The notes: generated by a model not told the origin, from the letters alone. Positions 8,234 through 22,087 are shown, counted from the first letter of the stretch. The stretch: 64,000 nucleotides of DNA from an uncultured Gammaproteobacteria bacterium (GCA_963797555.1 CAWCPV010000013.1:1-64000); one strand, 5' to 3'. Numbers and translations are program-made.

Positions 8234-9091
8234 ATGGCGACACTCATGCAGATCGAAGCGAACCGGGCGAATGCTCTAAACTCCACCGGCCCGAAGACCG
8301 GAGGAGGCAAGCGGCGGGTGTCGCAGAATGCCCTCAAGCACGGGCTGCTTTCCCGGCGGCTGGTGTTGGAGGATGAGAGTCCCGAAGAGTTCCAGGCCCT
8401 GGTCGATGACCTGCACAGCGCACTGTACCCGGCAGGCACACTGGAGTTCACGCTGGTGGAAAAGGTCGCCCTGGCGTTTTGGCGGCAGCGCCGGCTCATC
8501 CGAGCGGAGTCCGCCGGTATCGAGCTTCAGCGCCGTATGGATCGACACTCAAACCGCGACAAGATCGAGGCGGCGCTTGGGATGACGGGCTATCGGGACG
8601 GCGAGGTTAGCGAGCAGGACTTGGTCTCACCGGACGAGGACGACAAAGCCCAGGCTGCATGGTGTACCCAGGTGATCGCGGAGTTCGACGCCCTCGACCA
8701 AGGGGTCTTGCGCATCCGGAACGACATGACCCCGCTGAGCGACAAGGCGCCGCTCATCTTCTCACAGCTTCAAAGGGACGCCGAGGAAGAAGACCAAAGC
8801 ATGGTTGCCTACATCGCCAAGTATCCCGGCGGCCTCGCCGCTTACACTGCAGGGCTGATTGCCTGGTGCCGCAATGAGATCACGAAGCTGGAGCGCCGGC
8901 CCACTATCCAGGCGGTTGCGGAGCTGGTGAAGTCCAGCCTATCGGCCCCGATTGAGCAGGACCTGCTCAGCCGCTATCAGGCCGCGCTGGACAATGAGCT
9001 ATACAGGGCGCTCAAAGCCTTGCGGGAGGCGCAGCAGTGGCGCTTGCAATCACTGGATGCGGTGCCCGAGGCCAGTGAGTCCACGGGGTGA
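8234..9091 (+). CDS. uncharacterised protein with an ANR.NA..STGPKT..GK..VSQNALKHGL N-terminal motif (mobile-element associated)
   Basis: GGAGG RBS at 8223-8227 before ATG 8234; C-terminal L.RY...LDNELYRAL..L motif. Confidence 0.7.
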   Translation: MATLMQIEANRANALNSTGPKTGGGKRRVSQNALKHGLLSRRLVLEDESPEEFQALVDDLHSALYPAGTLEFTLVEKVALAFWRQRRLIRAESAGIELQRRMDRHSNRDKIEAALGMTGYRDGEVSEQDLVSPDEDDKAQAAWCTQVIAEFDALDQGVLRIRNDMTPLSDKAPLIFSQLQRDAEEEDQSMVAYIAKYPGGLAAYTAGLIAWCRNEITKLERRPTIQAVAELVKSSLSAPIEQDLLSRYQAALDNELYRALKALREAQQWRLQSLDAVPEASESTG

Positions 9092-9363
9092 ATTGGGTTT
9101 GTTTGGGAACGCATGCGGCGCCCCCGATTCGCTGGGTCATGTCGTGAGTAGATTGACACGGTCGGTCTCACGTCAAAGTGATTCTGTCTCACTCGGGCGA
9201 GCAACGATGGGTGCGGCACTCCATAAGCCATTGCGTGTTCTAGCTGCCGAGCCACGGTTGGAGCGCAGGGCGCCCCGCGGTATGTGACTGCGGACCCCGA
9301 GCACTGGCTCCTTCAGCGTCCGGATGGTGTGCTCGGCGCAGCCACTGCAAGCCGCCTCAAAAC

Positions 9364-9427
9364 GCTACCCAGGGTGCTACCCATGACCGCCAACCGTTCG
9401 TTCCCTTGGCATAAGGTACTGTTTTTA
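9364..9427. other. att-flank signals: GCTACCC direct repeats and an IHF-like site next to the tRNA 3' end
   Basis: GCTACCC at 9364-9370 and 9376-9382 (integrase arm-site-like); minus-strand AAACAGTACCTTA resembles the IHF consensus WATCAANNNNTTR. Confidence 0.45.
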
Positions 9428-9503
9428 TGGTGCCGGCGAGTGGACTCGAACCACCGACCTACTGATTACGAATCAGTTGCTCTGCCAACTGAGCTACGCC
9501 GGC
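9428..9503 (-). tRNA. tRNA-Thr (CGT)
   Basis: GCCGGCGTAGCTCAGTTGGCAGAGCAACTGATTCGTAATCAGTAGGTCGGTGGTTCGAGTCCACTCGCCGGCACCA; 76 nt cloverleaf, anticodon CGT, encoded CCA. Confidence 0.97.
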
Positions 9504-9703
9504 GTGGGCGCGTTGGGTGCGCGGCGGAGTATATCGGAGCCAAGCCCACCGGACAACTCGCGCGAGGGTGGTGCATGCACCGCCGGTACGTAGCTGGCTC
9601 GACAAGCGCGGACAGCACCCCTGGGGATAAGCGGAAGAGCGCCATTCGGGGAATACCACCATTGGAACCCCGAGCGGACACCTATTGTCCCTCTGTGCGG
9701 CTG

Positions 9704-10123
9704 CTATAGCCTACTGCGCACACGGATGATGACATCCACGCCCACCGGAACCGTTCCCTCGGGGGCATCAGGCAGGCCCCCGAGCACGATGTGGTCCGCG
9801 CCGATGTCGATCAGGCTATTGGTGTCTACGTTGTAGAAGTGGTGGTGCTCGCCGGTATTGGTATCGTAAAACACCTTGCTCGGGTCGACGATCACCTCCC
9901 GCAGCAGACCCTTCTTAGCGAAGAGCCCGAGCGTGTTGTAAACGGTCGCCTTGGAGACGATGTGGCGCGCTCCGTTGACCCGCGCGAGGAGCTGGTCGGC
10001 CGACACGTGCTGAGGCCGGACAAACAATGCCCGGGCAATCTCCAGTCGCTGCTGCGTTGGCTGGATGCCATGGGCCCTGAGGAGGCCGACAAGCTCGTCT
10101 CTGGTTGTGGTCTGTGTGTGCAT
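9704..10123 (-). CDS. Fur-family transcriptional regulator (Irr-like)
   Basis: GIQPTQQRLEI...HVSAD...SKATVYNTL..F...GLLREV...YDTN..EHHHF. Confidence 0.9.
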   Translation of the reverse strand: MHTQTTTRDELVGLLRAHGIQPTQQRLEIARALFVRPQHVSADQLLARVNGARHIVSKATVYNTLGLFAKKGLLREVIVDPSKVFYDTNTGEHHHFYNVDTNSLIDIGADHIVLGGLPDAPEGTVPVGVDVIIRVRSRL

Positions 10124-10185
10124 GCTGCAGAAGTGTGAACGGTTTGATTTTATTGTACTCAACGCGCACCGCCCTTACCACCAGG

Positions 10186-11667
10186 AGTCTTTTCCAACAT
10201 GGTATGAGTCTGAACGGTGGTGTGTGTTTCGAGCGAGGTATGAGTCTGAAGCGAGCTGAGTGGATCGATCATCGGGTGCATGGTGATCGACATGAGCGAG
10301 CAGAAGCTGGTCACGCTGACGCAGTTGCGGCAGTTCCTGGAAGGCACTGCGGAGGTCGAGTTTCGGGGATGTGGGCAAGACGAAGACCGCTACCGGCACC
10401 ATCCAGCAGGTGCTGAGGCGCTTCGGCTACAGCCGGCTCAAGCGGGCCGACAAGGGCGTGGTGGTGCGTTATCTGGTGCGTACCCCGGGGTACTCGCGTC
10501 AACAGATCACGCGGCTGATCAAGCGTGCATCGGCCGGAGTGCTGAAGAAGGCGTACCGGGCGCCGAAGCGCGGGTTCGTGCGCCGCTACACCGAGGCCGA
10601 CGTGGCGTTGCTGGCCCAGACCGATACACTGCACGGTACGCTCTCGGGGCTGGCGACACGCCATCTGATGCAGCGCGCCTGGGCCATCTATGGGGATACC
10701 CGCTACGAGCGACTTGCCGCGATCTCGGTGGCCCATCTTTACAACCTGCGCAAGCGCGCCGGCTACATCGAGCGGCGACACGAATGGACCAAGACACGCG
10801 CCACGGCACTTCCCATCGGCGAGCGCCCGCTCCAGAGGGCCGTCCGGGATTCATCCGCATCGAAGCCGTGCATCAGGGCGATCAGGACGGGCTCAAGGGG
10901 GTGTATCACATCAATGCCGTCGACGGCCTCACTCAGTGGGAGCTGGTGGCGAGCTGCGAGAAGCTGAGCGAAGCCTACCTGCTCCCGGTCATCGGCGCGC
11001 TGCTCTCGGGCTTCCCCTTCCGCATCTTGGGCTTTCACGCCGACAACGGCTCGGAGTACATCAACCGCCGGGTGGCCGCCATGTTGGAGAAGCTGCGGGT
11101 GGAATTCACCAAGTCGCGCCCGCGGCACTCCAACGACAACGGCCTGGCGGAGACCAAGAATGCTGCGGTCGTGCGCAAGCACTTCGGCTATGCTCATATC
11201 CCGCAGCGTTTCGCCGCCGAGATCAACGCCTTCTGCGCCGAGCAGCTCAACCCGTATCTCAACTTCCACCGACCCTGCCTGTTCGCCAAAGAGATCACCG
11301 ACCCCAAGGGCAGGTGCCGCAAGCGCTACCCGCAGCGGCTGGTGATGACACCCTTCGAGAGACTCTCCGGCCTCGACAACGCTCAAGCCTTCCTGAAACC
11401 CGGCATCACCCTGGAGGGCCTGCGCGCTCAGGCGCTGGCGCTCTCGGACAACGAGGCCGCCGAGCGGCTCAACCAAGCCCGCCGGCAGCTGTTCCTTTCC
11501 ATCCAACAGCGATCCCGCAGCGTCGCTTGAGACTCACCGCACCACGGGTCTGTGGATTTGTGGACAGTTCGCCTGTCGGCGAACCGGGCGGCTTGCCGTG
11601 GATAACGCTGCGCGTTACCCACCGCGCCGCCCTCTGCCCACAAGCTCCACCTCTATTGGAATTGACT
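10186..11667 (+). mobile_element. IS element with integrase-core (rve/DDE) transposase (ISNCY/IS481-like); 5-bp target duplication CCAGG
   Basis: CCAGG at 10181-10185 and 11668-11672; imperfect terminal IRs AGTCTTTTCCAA / TTGGAATTGACT; 14-bp direct repeat GGTATGAGTCTGAA at 10201 and 10237. Confidence 0.85.
10280..11530 (+). pseudogene. transposase with two compensating frameshifts (~10400 and ~10825)
   Basis: C-terminal FHADNGSEYIN...KSRPRHSNDNGLAETKN DDE core; the HTH-containing middle part is in the 10371-10967 frame. Confidence 0.8.
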
Positions 11668-11977
11668 CCAGGCATGGCACGTGTGTGCTTCTGCCTTCGT
11701 GCCCCCCGTCCCTTGCGACCGGTCGCTCTGTCCCCGTGTCAGAGCCGCGTGGCTTCGACGATCGGACGGGCCTCGCTCCGCAGCGGCACATCTGTCAGCA
11801 CGCGCGCAACAAACTGGGCCACGGCCGCTCCGTTCGGGAACTGCCCCGAGTTCACATCGTGCCCCGAACGGTTGGATCCTCGCCGATGAAGGCAAGACCG
11901 GCCAGGGACTCCGGCGCAGGCTGGCCGAGATCAGCGTGCCGATAAAGCCGCCGTCGACGGAGCATCTGTTCATGTCC

Positions 11978-12418
11978 TCAGCGCTCCGTCTGGAGGAGGA
12001 ACCGGGCGGTCAACCGCCGCCGTGAAGTTTCTACCTCGACCCGGGCTACCCAGTCGCGGCGCCCGGAGGAGCAGACCGGGAGGATGACCTCGCCGGACCA
12101 TACGCCTCCTGACTGGCGTGAGAGTCGGTAGCGGTTCCAACCCATGTTCATCGAGGGCATGGAGAAGTCGACGGTCACGATGTCTGGGTCCAAGCCCGCG
12201 AGGTGCACCGTGACTGGAAATGCCTGGAGGGGTCGGATTGCGGTCCGCGGCTGGAAGGAAAGCTGCACGCCGCTGCCCTTGGCAGGGCAGGCTGCCTTCG
12301 CAGGATTGCACGCGCTATCGAGGTTCAGCTCAAGGGCCACCCGCGTGTCCGGCGGCTGCCGCTGGCAGCCCGCCACCAGCAGAAGTAGTGCCCAAGCACG
12401 GCACCAGCGGCCCGGCAC
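11978..12418 (-). CDS. putative lipoprotein (YtkA/FixH-like Ig fold)
   Basis: Lipobox LLVAGC; motif F.MPSMNMG.NR..L......WSG...LPVC. Confidence 0.65.
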   Translation of the reverse strand: MPGRWCRAWALLLLVAGCQRQPPDTRVALELNLDSACNPAKAACPAKGSGVQLSFQPRTAIRPLQAFPVTVHLAGLDPDIVTVDFSMPSMNMGWNRYRLSRQSGGVWSGEVILPVCSSGRRDWVARVEVETSRRRLTARFLLQTER

Positions 12419-12422
12419 GACC

Positions 12423-13454
12423 CTAGGACGGTTTCCAGAACGAACGAATCCCCGCCACGCCCTGGGCGCCGGCGCGCCAGGCGGTCTCGATCTGCTGCCG
12501 GCCGACACCGCCGAGGGCATAGACGGGCACCGGGCAGGATTCGACCCAGCGCGCGAAGGTGCGCCAACCCAAGGGAGTGCGCTCGGGGTGGGTTGGCGTC
12601 GAGAGGACCGGCGACAGCAGAGCGAAGTCGACGCCTAGCTGGGCTGCGCGGACCAGCTCATCGGGGGTGTGGCAAGACGCCCCCACCCAATGGTCCCGCG
12701 TCAGGGGGCGCTGCGACAGCGCTGCGAGGTGCGCAGACCTCAGGTGAACGCCCGCTGCCCCTAGCTCCAGGGCCTGCTCCGGCTCGCCGTTCAGCAGCAG
12801 TGCGGCGCCGTAGTTTCGGCACAGCAACACGGACTGCCGCGCCAGACAGCGCAACTCGAACGGGCTGAGTCCCCTCGCGCGCAACTGCACCAGCCTAATA
12901 CCAGCCCGCAGCGAGTGCTCCAACGCGAACAGGAATTCCCGCGGGTCCCCCGGCTCGGGTGTGATGAGATACTCCGCTGGCAGCCGCACCGCGGTGCAGA
13001 TAGGACGGTTGGCGGCGGGCATCGCCCAATGAGCGAGATTCTCTGGGGAGACCCAGGCGATCGCCTGCCCCTGCCGCCCCCTGGGAGTACCGCCAAAGGC
13101 TTGCACGCGCCACACATCCAGGTGCACCGCCTTATCCGGATAGCGGTGGGGAACCTGGATGAGGCGACGGTAATCGCCGGGGACGATGCCCAGCTCTTCT
13201 TCCAGCTCACGAGCCAGCGCCTGTTCGGGCGTCTCGCCGGATTCCATCTTACCGCCGGGGAACTCCCACAGCCCCCCCTGGTGCACATGATCCAGCCGGC
13301 GTGCGAGCAGCACTTCGCCGTTCCCGTTGAGGATGGCCGCCGCCACGACGGGTAACGGCTCAGGTGCGATACTCGGCGTTGATGCGCACGTAGTCGTAAG
13401 AGAAGTCACAAGTCCACACGCGGGTGCTCGCCTCTCCGCGCCCGAGGGCGACAC
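12423..13454 (-). CDS. Nudix hydrolase (MutT-like) fused to a thiamine-phosphate-synthase-like domain; start uncertain
   Basis: Nudix box [24 protein letters not shown]; ThiE-like VQLR, GVHL, GASCH and PVYALGG motifs. Confidence 0.9.
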   Translation of the reverse strand: MSPSGAERRAPACGLVTSLTTTCASTPSIAPEPLPVVAAAILNGNGEVLLARRLDHVHQGGLWEFPGGKMESGETPEQALARELEEELGIVPGDYRRLIQVPHRYPDKAVHLDVWRVQAFGGTPRGRQGQAIAWVSPENLAHWAMPAANRPICTAVRLPAEYLITPEPGDPREFLFALEHSLRAGIRLVQLRARGLSPFELRCLARQSVLLCRNYGAALLLNGEPEQALELGAAGVHLRSAHLAALSQRPLTRDHWVGASCHTPDELVRAAQLGVDFALLSPVLSTPTHPERTPLGWRTFARWVESCPVPVYALGGVGRQQIETAWRAGAQGVAGIRSFWKPS

Positions 13455-14577
13455 GCACTGTCAGGTCGGGGCGGCTCATGGCAGCGACCCCCTGCTCCTC
13501 CCGGTAGCCGGCGGCCCTCTGCCCGTCCTGAACGATACACACCTCATCCAGAAAGATGCACACGCGCCCGATATCCAGCGCTGGGATGCCCGCCCGGCCC
13601 ACCGCCGCCAAGATACGGCCCCAGTTCGGGTCGCCGGCGAAAAACGCGGTCTTCACTAGAGGCGAGTGGGCGATGGCGTATGCCACCAGTGCGCACTCGT
13701 CCTCTGTTTCCCCCCCGACCACCTCGACCGTGACGAAATGAGTCGCGCCCTCGCCGTCACGCACGATAGCCTGCGCCAAGCGCGTCGCTACTTCGGTCAC
13801 CGCGTCGCGCAGCGCAGCATAGCCGGAGTCCTCCGTAGACTCGACGGAGGCGGCACTCTGTCCGGTCGCCGCGAGCACACATGCGTCGTTGGTAGAGGTG
13901 TCACCGTCCACGGTGATGCGGTTGAAGGAGACGAACACAGCCTCCCGAAGACAATGCTCCAGGACTTCGCGGGGCACGTCGGCGTCGGTGGCGATGAAGG
14001 CCAACATAGTGGCCATGTCTGGGCGGATCATCCCGGCCCCCTTGGCGATGCCGGTAACGGTCACGGTCCGTCCCACGAGGTCCGCCTGCACGCTGACACC
14101 CTTGGGCACGGTGTCAGTGGTCATGATCCCCGCTGCCGCTTCGGCCCAGCTGAGCGAGCTGAGGCGCGCGAGAGCATCTGGAAGGCCCGCCTGGATGCGC
14201 TCAACGGGCAGGAACTCCCCAATTACGCCGGTAGAGAAGGGTAGCACCTCTTCGGCTCGGCAGCCGGTGAGATCGCTCAGCATGCCGCAGCAAACGCGCG
14301 CGTCCCGCACACCCCGCGCACCGGTGCCTGCGTTAGCGCAACCGGTGTTGACGAGCAAATAGCGGGGTGCCGCCTGCTGCAAATGCTCGGCTGCAACCAC
14401 CACCGGAGCGGCGCGAAAGGCGTTGCGGGTAAATACCGCGGCGCAAGTGGTGCCCGGGCTGAGATCCAGCACCACCAAGTCCGGCCGACCGGGTTTCTTG
14501 ATTCCAGCAGCCGTGACGCCCAAACTCACTCCGCGTATCGGATGCAGCACTTCGGGGGCTGTCAATCCCACGGCCAC
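13360..14577 (-). CDS. argJ: bifunctional ornithine acetyltransferase / N-acetylglutamate synthase
   Basis: [46 protein letters not shown] and INAEYRT motifs. Confidence 0.97.
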   Translation of the reverse strand: MAVGLTAPEVLHPIRGVSLGVTAAGIKKPGRPDLVVLDLSPGTTCAAVFTRNAFRAAPVVVAAEHLQQAAPRYLLVNTGCANAGTGARGVRDARVCCGMLSDLTGCRAEEVLPFSTGVIGEFLPVERIQAGLPDALARLSSLSWAEAAAGIMTTDTVPKGVSVQADLVGRTVTVTGIAKGAGMIRPDMATMLAFIATDADVPREVLEHCLREAVFVSFNRITVDGDTSTNDACVLAATGQSAASVESTEDSGYAALRDAVTEVATRLAQAIVRDGEGATHFVTVEVVGGETEDECALVAYAIAHSPLVKTAFFAGDPNWGRILAAVGRAGIPALDIGRVCIFLDEVCIVQDGQRAAGYREEQGVAAMSRPDLTVRVALGRGEASTRVWTCDFSYDYVRINAEYRT

Positions 14578-14611
14578 GCGCGCGATCTCCGTGTCTGAAC
14601 CGCGCGCCAGG

Positions 14612-17305
<2,694 letters not shown>

Positions 17306-17375
17306 AAGCGCCGTGGCTATCCTCGGTGATGGTAGACTAAGCGCTTACCAGCGCGCATGCCTAGTGGGGAGCCCG

Positions 17376-17846
17376 GTGAGTTACAGACCTTGGGTGCCGG
17401 TCAGCCAGTTGCTGACGGGCGGGACAACCGGGCTAGAACGGTTAGTAATGCACAGCCTCCGGTTGCGCGCCTTGGCGGCCGCCTTGCAGGAGGTGCTGCC
17501 TTCGTCCTTGGCCGAACGCTGTCGACTGCTCAACGTCCGTGGTGACTGTCTCATTCTACAGGTGGAGTCGCCGCCATGGGCAACGCGCCTGCGCTTTTAC
17601 CTACCCACAGTCTTGGAAGCCCTGCGACGCAAACGGGGATGGGAGCACATCCACAGAGCGGACACCAGGATCCGACCGCCAGCGTTGAACCGAATTCTCC
17701 CTCGATCGCGCGGACTCGCCCTCTCGCCTAAGGCTAGGGAGACGATCCGCGCCGCAGCGATCTCAGCCTCCGACCCGGCGCTCGGCAAAGCCCTTCTGGG
17801 ATTGTTGCGCCACAGTGACATGGACCGCTCACGCCAGCCCCGCTAG
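17376..17846 (+). CDS. DciA (DUF721) family protein
   Basis: Divergent from secA and convergent on lpxC; [14 protein letters not shown] motif; GTG start with GGGGAG RBS. Confidence 0.7.
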   Translation: MSYRPWVPVSQLLTGGTTGLERLVMHSLRLRALAAALQEVLPSSLAERCRLLNVRGDCLILQVESPPWATRLRFYLPTVLEALRRKRGWEHIHRADTRIRPPALNRILPRSRGLALSPKARETIRAAAISASDPALGKALLGLLRHSDMDRSRQPR

Positions 17847-18754
17847 GTCACGTGAAGAGGATGCAGGGAGGGCAAGCCCGCATAGCTCTCGCGGTCGTAG
17901 GTGACATGCTCCCATGCTTGCGTATTGGCGATCAAGGCCCGCAGCAAGCGGTTATTCAGGGCGTGTCCCGACTTGTAGCCAATGAAGGCTCCGACGAGAT
18001 TGCAGCCGAGCAGATAGAGGTCCCCGACCGCGTCCAAGATCTTGTGCTTGACGAACTCGTCCTCGTAGCGCAAACCGTCTTCGTTGAGAATCCGGTAGTC
18101 GTCCACGACCACGGCGTTGTCAAGACTCCCGCCCAGTGCCAAGTTACGTGCCCTTAGCATCTCGATCTCGCGCATGAATCCGAAAGTGCGCGCCCGGCTG
18201 ACCTCCTTCACGAAAGAGCTGCGGGAGAAGTCGATCTGCGCATGCTGTCTGCGACCCTTGAAGGCGGGATGGTCGAAGTCGATGGTAAACGACACCTTGA
18301 AACCGTCGTACGGTTCGAACCGAACCCACTTGTCTCCTTCGTGCAACATCAGGGGACGCTTGATCCGTATGAACCGCTTGGGCGCGTTCTGCTCTTCGAT
18401 GCCCGCGGATTGGATGAGAAATACGAAAGGGCCCGCACTGCCGTCCATGATGGGCACCTCGGGTGCCGTGAGGTCGACGCAGGCATTGTCGATGCCGAGA
18501 CCGGCCATCGCGGAGAGCAGATGCTCCACGGTGGAGACCCGGACACCGTCCTTCACCAAGGTGGTGGACAACTGCGTCTCGCCTACATGGTCCGGCCGGG
18601 CCGGGATGTCGACCGGGACCTTCAGGTCCACGCGGCGGAACACGACGCCGGTGTTCGCCGCCGCGGGCCGCAGCGTGAGATAGACCTTTTCGCCTGTGTG
18701 CAGGCCGATGCCAGTCGCCCTAATCACATTCTTCAGCGTGCGTTGTCTTATCAT
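17843..18754 (-). CDS. lpxC: UDP-3-O-acyl-N-acetylglucosamine deacetylase
   Basis: [38 protein letters not shown]. Confidence 0.98.
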   Translation of the reverse strand: MIRQRTLKNVIRATGIGLHTGEKVYLTLRPAAANTGVVFRRVDLKVPVDIPARPDHVGETQLSTTLVKDGVRVSTVEHLLSAMAGLGIDNACVDLTAPEVPIMDGSAGPFVFLIQSAGIEEQNAPKRFIRIKRPLMLHEGDKWVRFEPYDGFKVSFTIDFDHPAFKGRRQHAQIDFSRSSFVKEVSRARTFGFMREIEMLRARNLALGGSLDNAVVVDDYRILNEDGLRYEDEFVKHKILDAVGDLYLLGCNLVGAFIGYKSGHALNNRLLRALIANTQAWEHVTYDRESYAGLPSLHPLHVT

Positions 18755-18899
18755 TCAGTCCGCGCCATCAGTGGATTTTATTACCGGGTTCTCGGGCATC
18801 GTAACATAGCGACATATGCTGTGAAAAGCACATTATGTGGCCGATACACACCACAACCACCGGCCCTACGAAGTGCCGCCTCCGGGCGGCACTCCCCGG

Positions 18900-20042
18900 C
18901 TAATCCGCGCGGCGTCGCAGAAACGCTGGGATATCCAAGTATTCGAGGTCGGCTTCCTTGGGCGGCGCGAACCGCTCTGCGGAGCCCTGCTGCCGGATGA
19001 CTGTGGGGCGCTCCAGCTTCCCGTAGTCGACCTCGCCGTTGCTGTTCTTCTGCACCAGCCGCACCGTTTTCTCTTCGGGTATCTCCGGCTTGCCCAGTCC
19101 TGTGGCGACCACCGTGACCCGCAGCTCGTCCGTGAGATCAGTGTCGATGACGGTGCCTACCACAATGGTGGCGTTGTCGGCTGCGTAATCCTTGACCGTG
19201 TTGCCAACCTCGTCGAACTCTCCGATGGTGAGTTCGCGGCCCGCCGTGATATTGACCAACACACCGCGCGCGCCAGCGAGGTTGATGTCTTCGAGCAGCG
19301 GACTCGCCACCGCCGCCTCCGCTGCCTGCCTAGCCCGGTCCTCACCGCTGGCGCTGCCCGAGCCCATCATGGCCATGCCCATCTCCGCCATGACGGTACG
19401 GACGTCCGCGAAATCGACGTTGATCAGGCCCGGACGGGTGATCAGCTCGGAGATTCCCCGGACCGCACCCAGCAGCACGTTGTTAGCTGCCTTGAAGGCA
19501 TCCAACAGACTGATGGAGCGGCCGAGAACACTGAGCAGCTTCTCGTTCGGGATGGTGATGAGGGAGTCCACGTACTGCGTCAACTCGCGAATGCCCTGCT
19601 CGGCGGTTTGCAAACGTTTCCTTCCCTCGAATGGGAAGGGCTTCGTCACGACGGCCACGGTGAGGATCCCCAGATCCTTGGCTATCTCCGCCACAACCGG
19701 GGCGCCCCCCGTGCCGGTACCCCCGCCCATACCGGAGGTGATGAAAACCATGTCCGCACCATCGAGCACCTCGGCAAGGCGGTCGCGGTCCTCTAGGGCC
19801 GCCTGTTTCCCGATCTCGGGATTGGCACCCGCGCCTAGACCCTTCGTGATATTACTGCCAAGCTGCAGGATAGTGCGCGCAGACATGCTGCGCAGCGCCT
19901 GGGCGTCGGTGTTGGCGCAAATGAAATCCACCCCCTCGATGTTAGCGGAGACCATGTCTTCCACGGCATTGCTGCCGCCCCCGCCGACACCGATGACCTT
20001 GATGACGGCGTTCTGCTGATAGGAATCGACGATCTCGAACAT
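18900..20042 (-). CDS. ftsZ: cell division protein FtsZ
   Basis: [26 protein letters not shown]; C-terminal LDIPAFLRR. Confidence 0.99.
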   Translation of the reverse strand: MFEIVDSYQQNAVIKVIGVGGGGSNAVEDMVSANIEGVDFICANTDAQALRSMSARTILQLGSNITKGLGAGANPEIGKQAALEDRDRLAEVLDGADMVFITSGMGGGTGTGGAPVVAEIAKDLGILTVAVVTKPFPFEGRKRLQTAEQGIRELTQYVDSLITIPNEKLLSVLGRSISLLDAFKAANNVLLGAVRGISELITRPGLINVDFADVRTVMAEMGMAMMGSGSASGEDRARQAAEAAVASPLLEDINLAGARGVLVNITAGRELTIGEFDEVGNTVKDYAADNATIVVGTVIDTDLTDELRVTVVATGLGKPEIPEEKTVRLVQKNSNGEVDYGKLERPTVIRQQGSAERFAPPKEADLEYLDIPAFLRRRAD

Positions 20043-20078
20043 GACCACTCCTCCTGGTTGTTTGCCACAGCGACAACG

Positions 20079-21308
20079 CTAGAAATTCCCCTGGAACCAG
20101 CTTTTCATCCGTTCCCAGACCCCTCCGCGCTTCATGTGCATCGCCGTCGCGCGGTCCTGGCGATGCTGATGTCCGAACAGCAGCAGTCCCACCCCGGTGG
20201 CGTAAATGGGGCTACGGATCACATCGCTCATCCCACGAACGTACTGCGGCACCCCCAGACGCACCGGCATCTGGAGTACGTCCTGCGCCAGATCGATCAG
20301 GCCCTCGGTAGCCGAAGTGCCGCCGGTCATCACCACCCCCGCCGCAATCAGGTCTTCGAAACCGCTGCGCCGCAGCTCTGCATGAACGAGACCGAGCAAC
20401 TCTTCCAGGCGCGGCTCTACGACCTCTGCCAGGGCGCGCCGCGCCAGCCGGCGGGCCGGCCGCTCGCCGACGCTCGGCACTTCGATGGTTTGGCCGCCAT
20501 CCACCAACCGGGCCAAGCCGCACGCGTGCTTGATCTTGATCTCCTCCGCATGCTGCGTCGGAGTGCGCAGCGCCACGGCGATGTCGTTGGTCACCTGGTC
20601 TCCGGCGATCGGGATCACCGCCGTATGACGGATGGAGCCGTCGGCGAACACGGCGACATCCGTGGTGCCACCGCCGATGTCCACCACGCATGCACCGAGC
20701 TCCCGTTCGTCGTCCGTGAGGGTGGACTGGCTGGAGGCAAGTTGCTCGAGGATGATGTCGTCGACCTCTAGCCCGCACCGCTCCACGCACTTGACGATGT
20801 TCTGGGCCGCGCTCACCGCGCCGGTCACGATGTGTACCCGAGCCTCCAGGCGCACTCCGGACATACCGATAGGGTCGCGGATGCCGTCCTGGTTATCGAT
20901 GATGAATTCCTGGGGCAGGATGTGCAAAATCTTCTGGTCTGCTGGAATGGCGACCGCGCGGGCCGCATCGATGACTCGCTCGACGTCGCCTGAGGCTACC
21001 TCCCGGTCGTGGATGGCGACGATGCCGTGGGAGTTGAGGCTGCGGATATGACTCCCCGCCACCCCCGCATAGACGGAGTGGATCCGGCAACCCGCCATCA
21101 GCTCGGCCTCTTCGACTGCGCGCTGGATGGACTGGACGGTCGCCTCGATGTTCACTACCACACCCTTCTTGAGTCCGCGCGACGGGTGCGACCCCAGACC
21201 GATGACTTCGATCTCGCCGTTCACGTCGATCTCCCCGACCATGGCCACCACCTTGGATGTGCCGATGTCCAGGCTGACGATCAGATCTTTCTCTGGCTTC
21301 TTGCCCAT
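20079..21308 (-). CDS. ftsA: cell division protein FtsA
   Basis: LDIGTSKV, DIGGGTTD; C-terminal amphipathic WERMKSWF. Confidence 0.98.
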   Translation of the reverse strand: MGKKPEKDLIVSLDIGTSKVVAMVGEIDVNGEIEVIGLGSHPSRGLKKGVVVNIEATVQSIQRAVEEAELMAGCRIHSVYAGVAGSHIRSLNSHGIVAIHDREVASGDVERVIDAARAVAIPADQKILHILPQEFIIDNQDGIRDPIGMSGVRLEARVHIVTGAVSAAQNIVKCVERCGLEVDDIILEQLASSQSTLTDDERELGACVVDIGGGTTDVAVFADGSIRHTAVIPIAGDQVTNDIAVALRTPTQHAEEIKIKHACGLARLVDGGQTIEVPSVGERPARRLARRALAEVVEPRLEELLGLVHAELRRSGFEDLIAAGVVMTGGTSATEGLIDLAQDVLQMPVRLGVPQYVRGMSDVIRSPIYATGVGLLLFGHQHRQDRATAMHMKRGGVWERMKSWFQGNF

Positions 21309-21309
21309 C

Positions 21310-22065
21310 TCACTCCCTTTTTATGTGCGGGGCGTCCGTGTCGGTGGTTTGCGGAGCCCGCCAGCGCACGGCAAATCCGTTGCGGTAGCGAAGATCAACG
21401 ACCTCGATACGCCCTACCTGTGTGGCCAGTGCCACCGGGAACACGCGAACGAACCGGGCGAGGCGCTCCATCTCCTGCTTGCGCCCGAGTTCCAGATCCA
21501 GACCGTTGTCCAGCCGCAAGCTCCAGGCCCCTCGCGCATCCCGCGCTAGGCGCACAATGTTGCGTCCTAGCGGCTTCAGAGCGGCACTCATGCGCCGGTA
21601 ACGATCGCCGACCGTACGCTCTGTGCCTTCAGGGCCGTGCCACAGGGGCAACCCGGCAGGAATGGTCGGCGCCGGCGCGGAGAATACGTCGCCCTCCTGG
21701 CTGACCAACCTCCCGTCACCCCAGCGCGCCACCGCCAGCCGTTCGTGCAGGGAGATCTCCAGTCGATCCGGCCACACCCGGCGCACCGAAACGCTACGAA
21801 CCCAGGGGAGGCTCGCCAGCACCTGCCGGATCGCCACCATGTCCAAGGTGAAGAGGCTGCGTCTGAGGAGCGGCTCAAGCACCTGCGTCAGCTGTACCTC
21901 CGTCATGTGCACGAGCTGTCCCCTGATGTCGATGTAGCGCACCGGCACAATCGCCGGGTCCTTCAACAGGTAAGCCCCCCAACCCGCTCCCAAGAACAGC
22001 GCCAGACCAATGAAGGCGGCTCCTAGGCCACGCCAGGGCACCGACCAAGGCTCTCGACGCGCCAC
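21310..22065 (-). CDS. ftsQ: cell division protein FtsQ (start uncertain)
   Basis: Single TM, POTRA-like LPWV..VSVRRVWPD.L.I and DLRY.NGFAV; position in the dcw cluster. Confidence 0.92.
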   Translation of the reverse strand: MARREPWSVPWRGLGAAFIGLALFLGAGWGAYLLKDPAIVPVRYIDIRGQLVHMTEVQLTQVLEPLLRRSLFTLDMVAIRQVLASLPWVRSVSVRRVWPDRLEISLHERLAVARWGDGRLVSQEGDVFSAPAPTIPAGLPLWHGPEGTERTVGDRYRRMSAALKPLGRNIVRLARDARGAWSLRLDNGLDLELGRKQEMERLARFVRVFPVALATQVGRIEVVDLRYRNGFAVRWRAPQTTDTDAPHIKRE

Positions 22066-22087
22066 CCGGACGCGGCGGTTGCTCCTA

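Larger units (their letters stand above)
1..9427. mobile_element. decayed genomic island / phage-satellite-like mosaic at the 3' end of tRNA-Thr; left boundary not visible
   Basis: Abuts tRNA 3' end; contains several truncated genes, paralog duplications, a recombinase relic, a DUF5681-like gene and att-arm-like repeats at 9364-9382. Confidence 0.7.

Noticed and set aside
11668-11975. Short ORFs between the IS and the lipoprotein gene
   Set aside because: No recognisable motif; possibly a decayed gene, but not supportable from the sequence.
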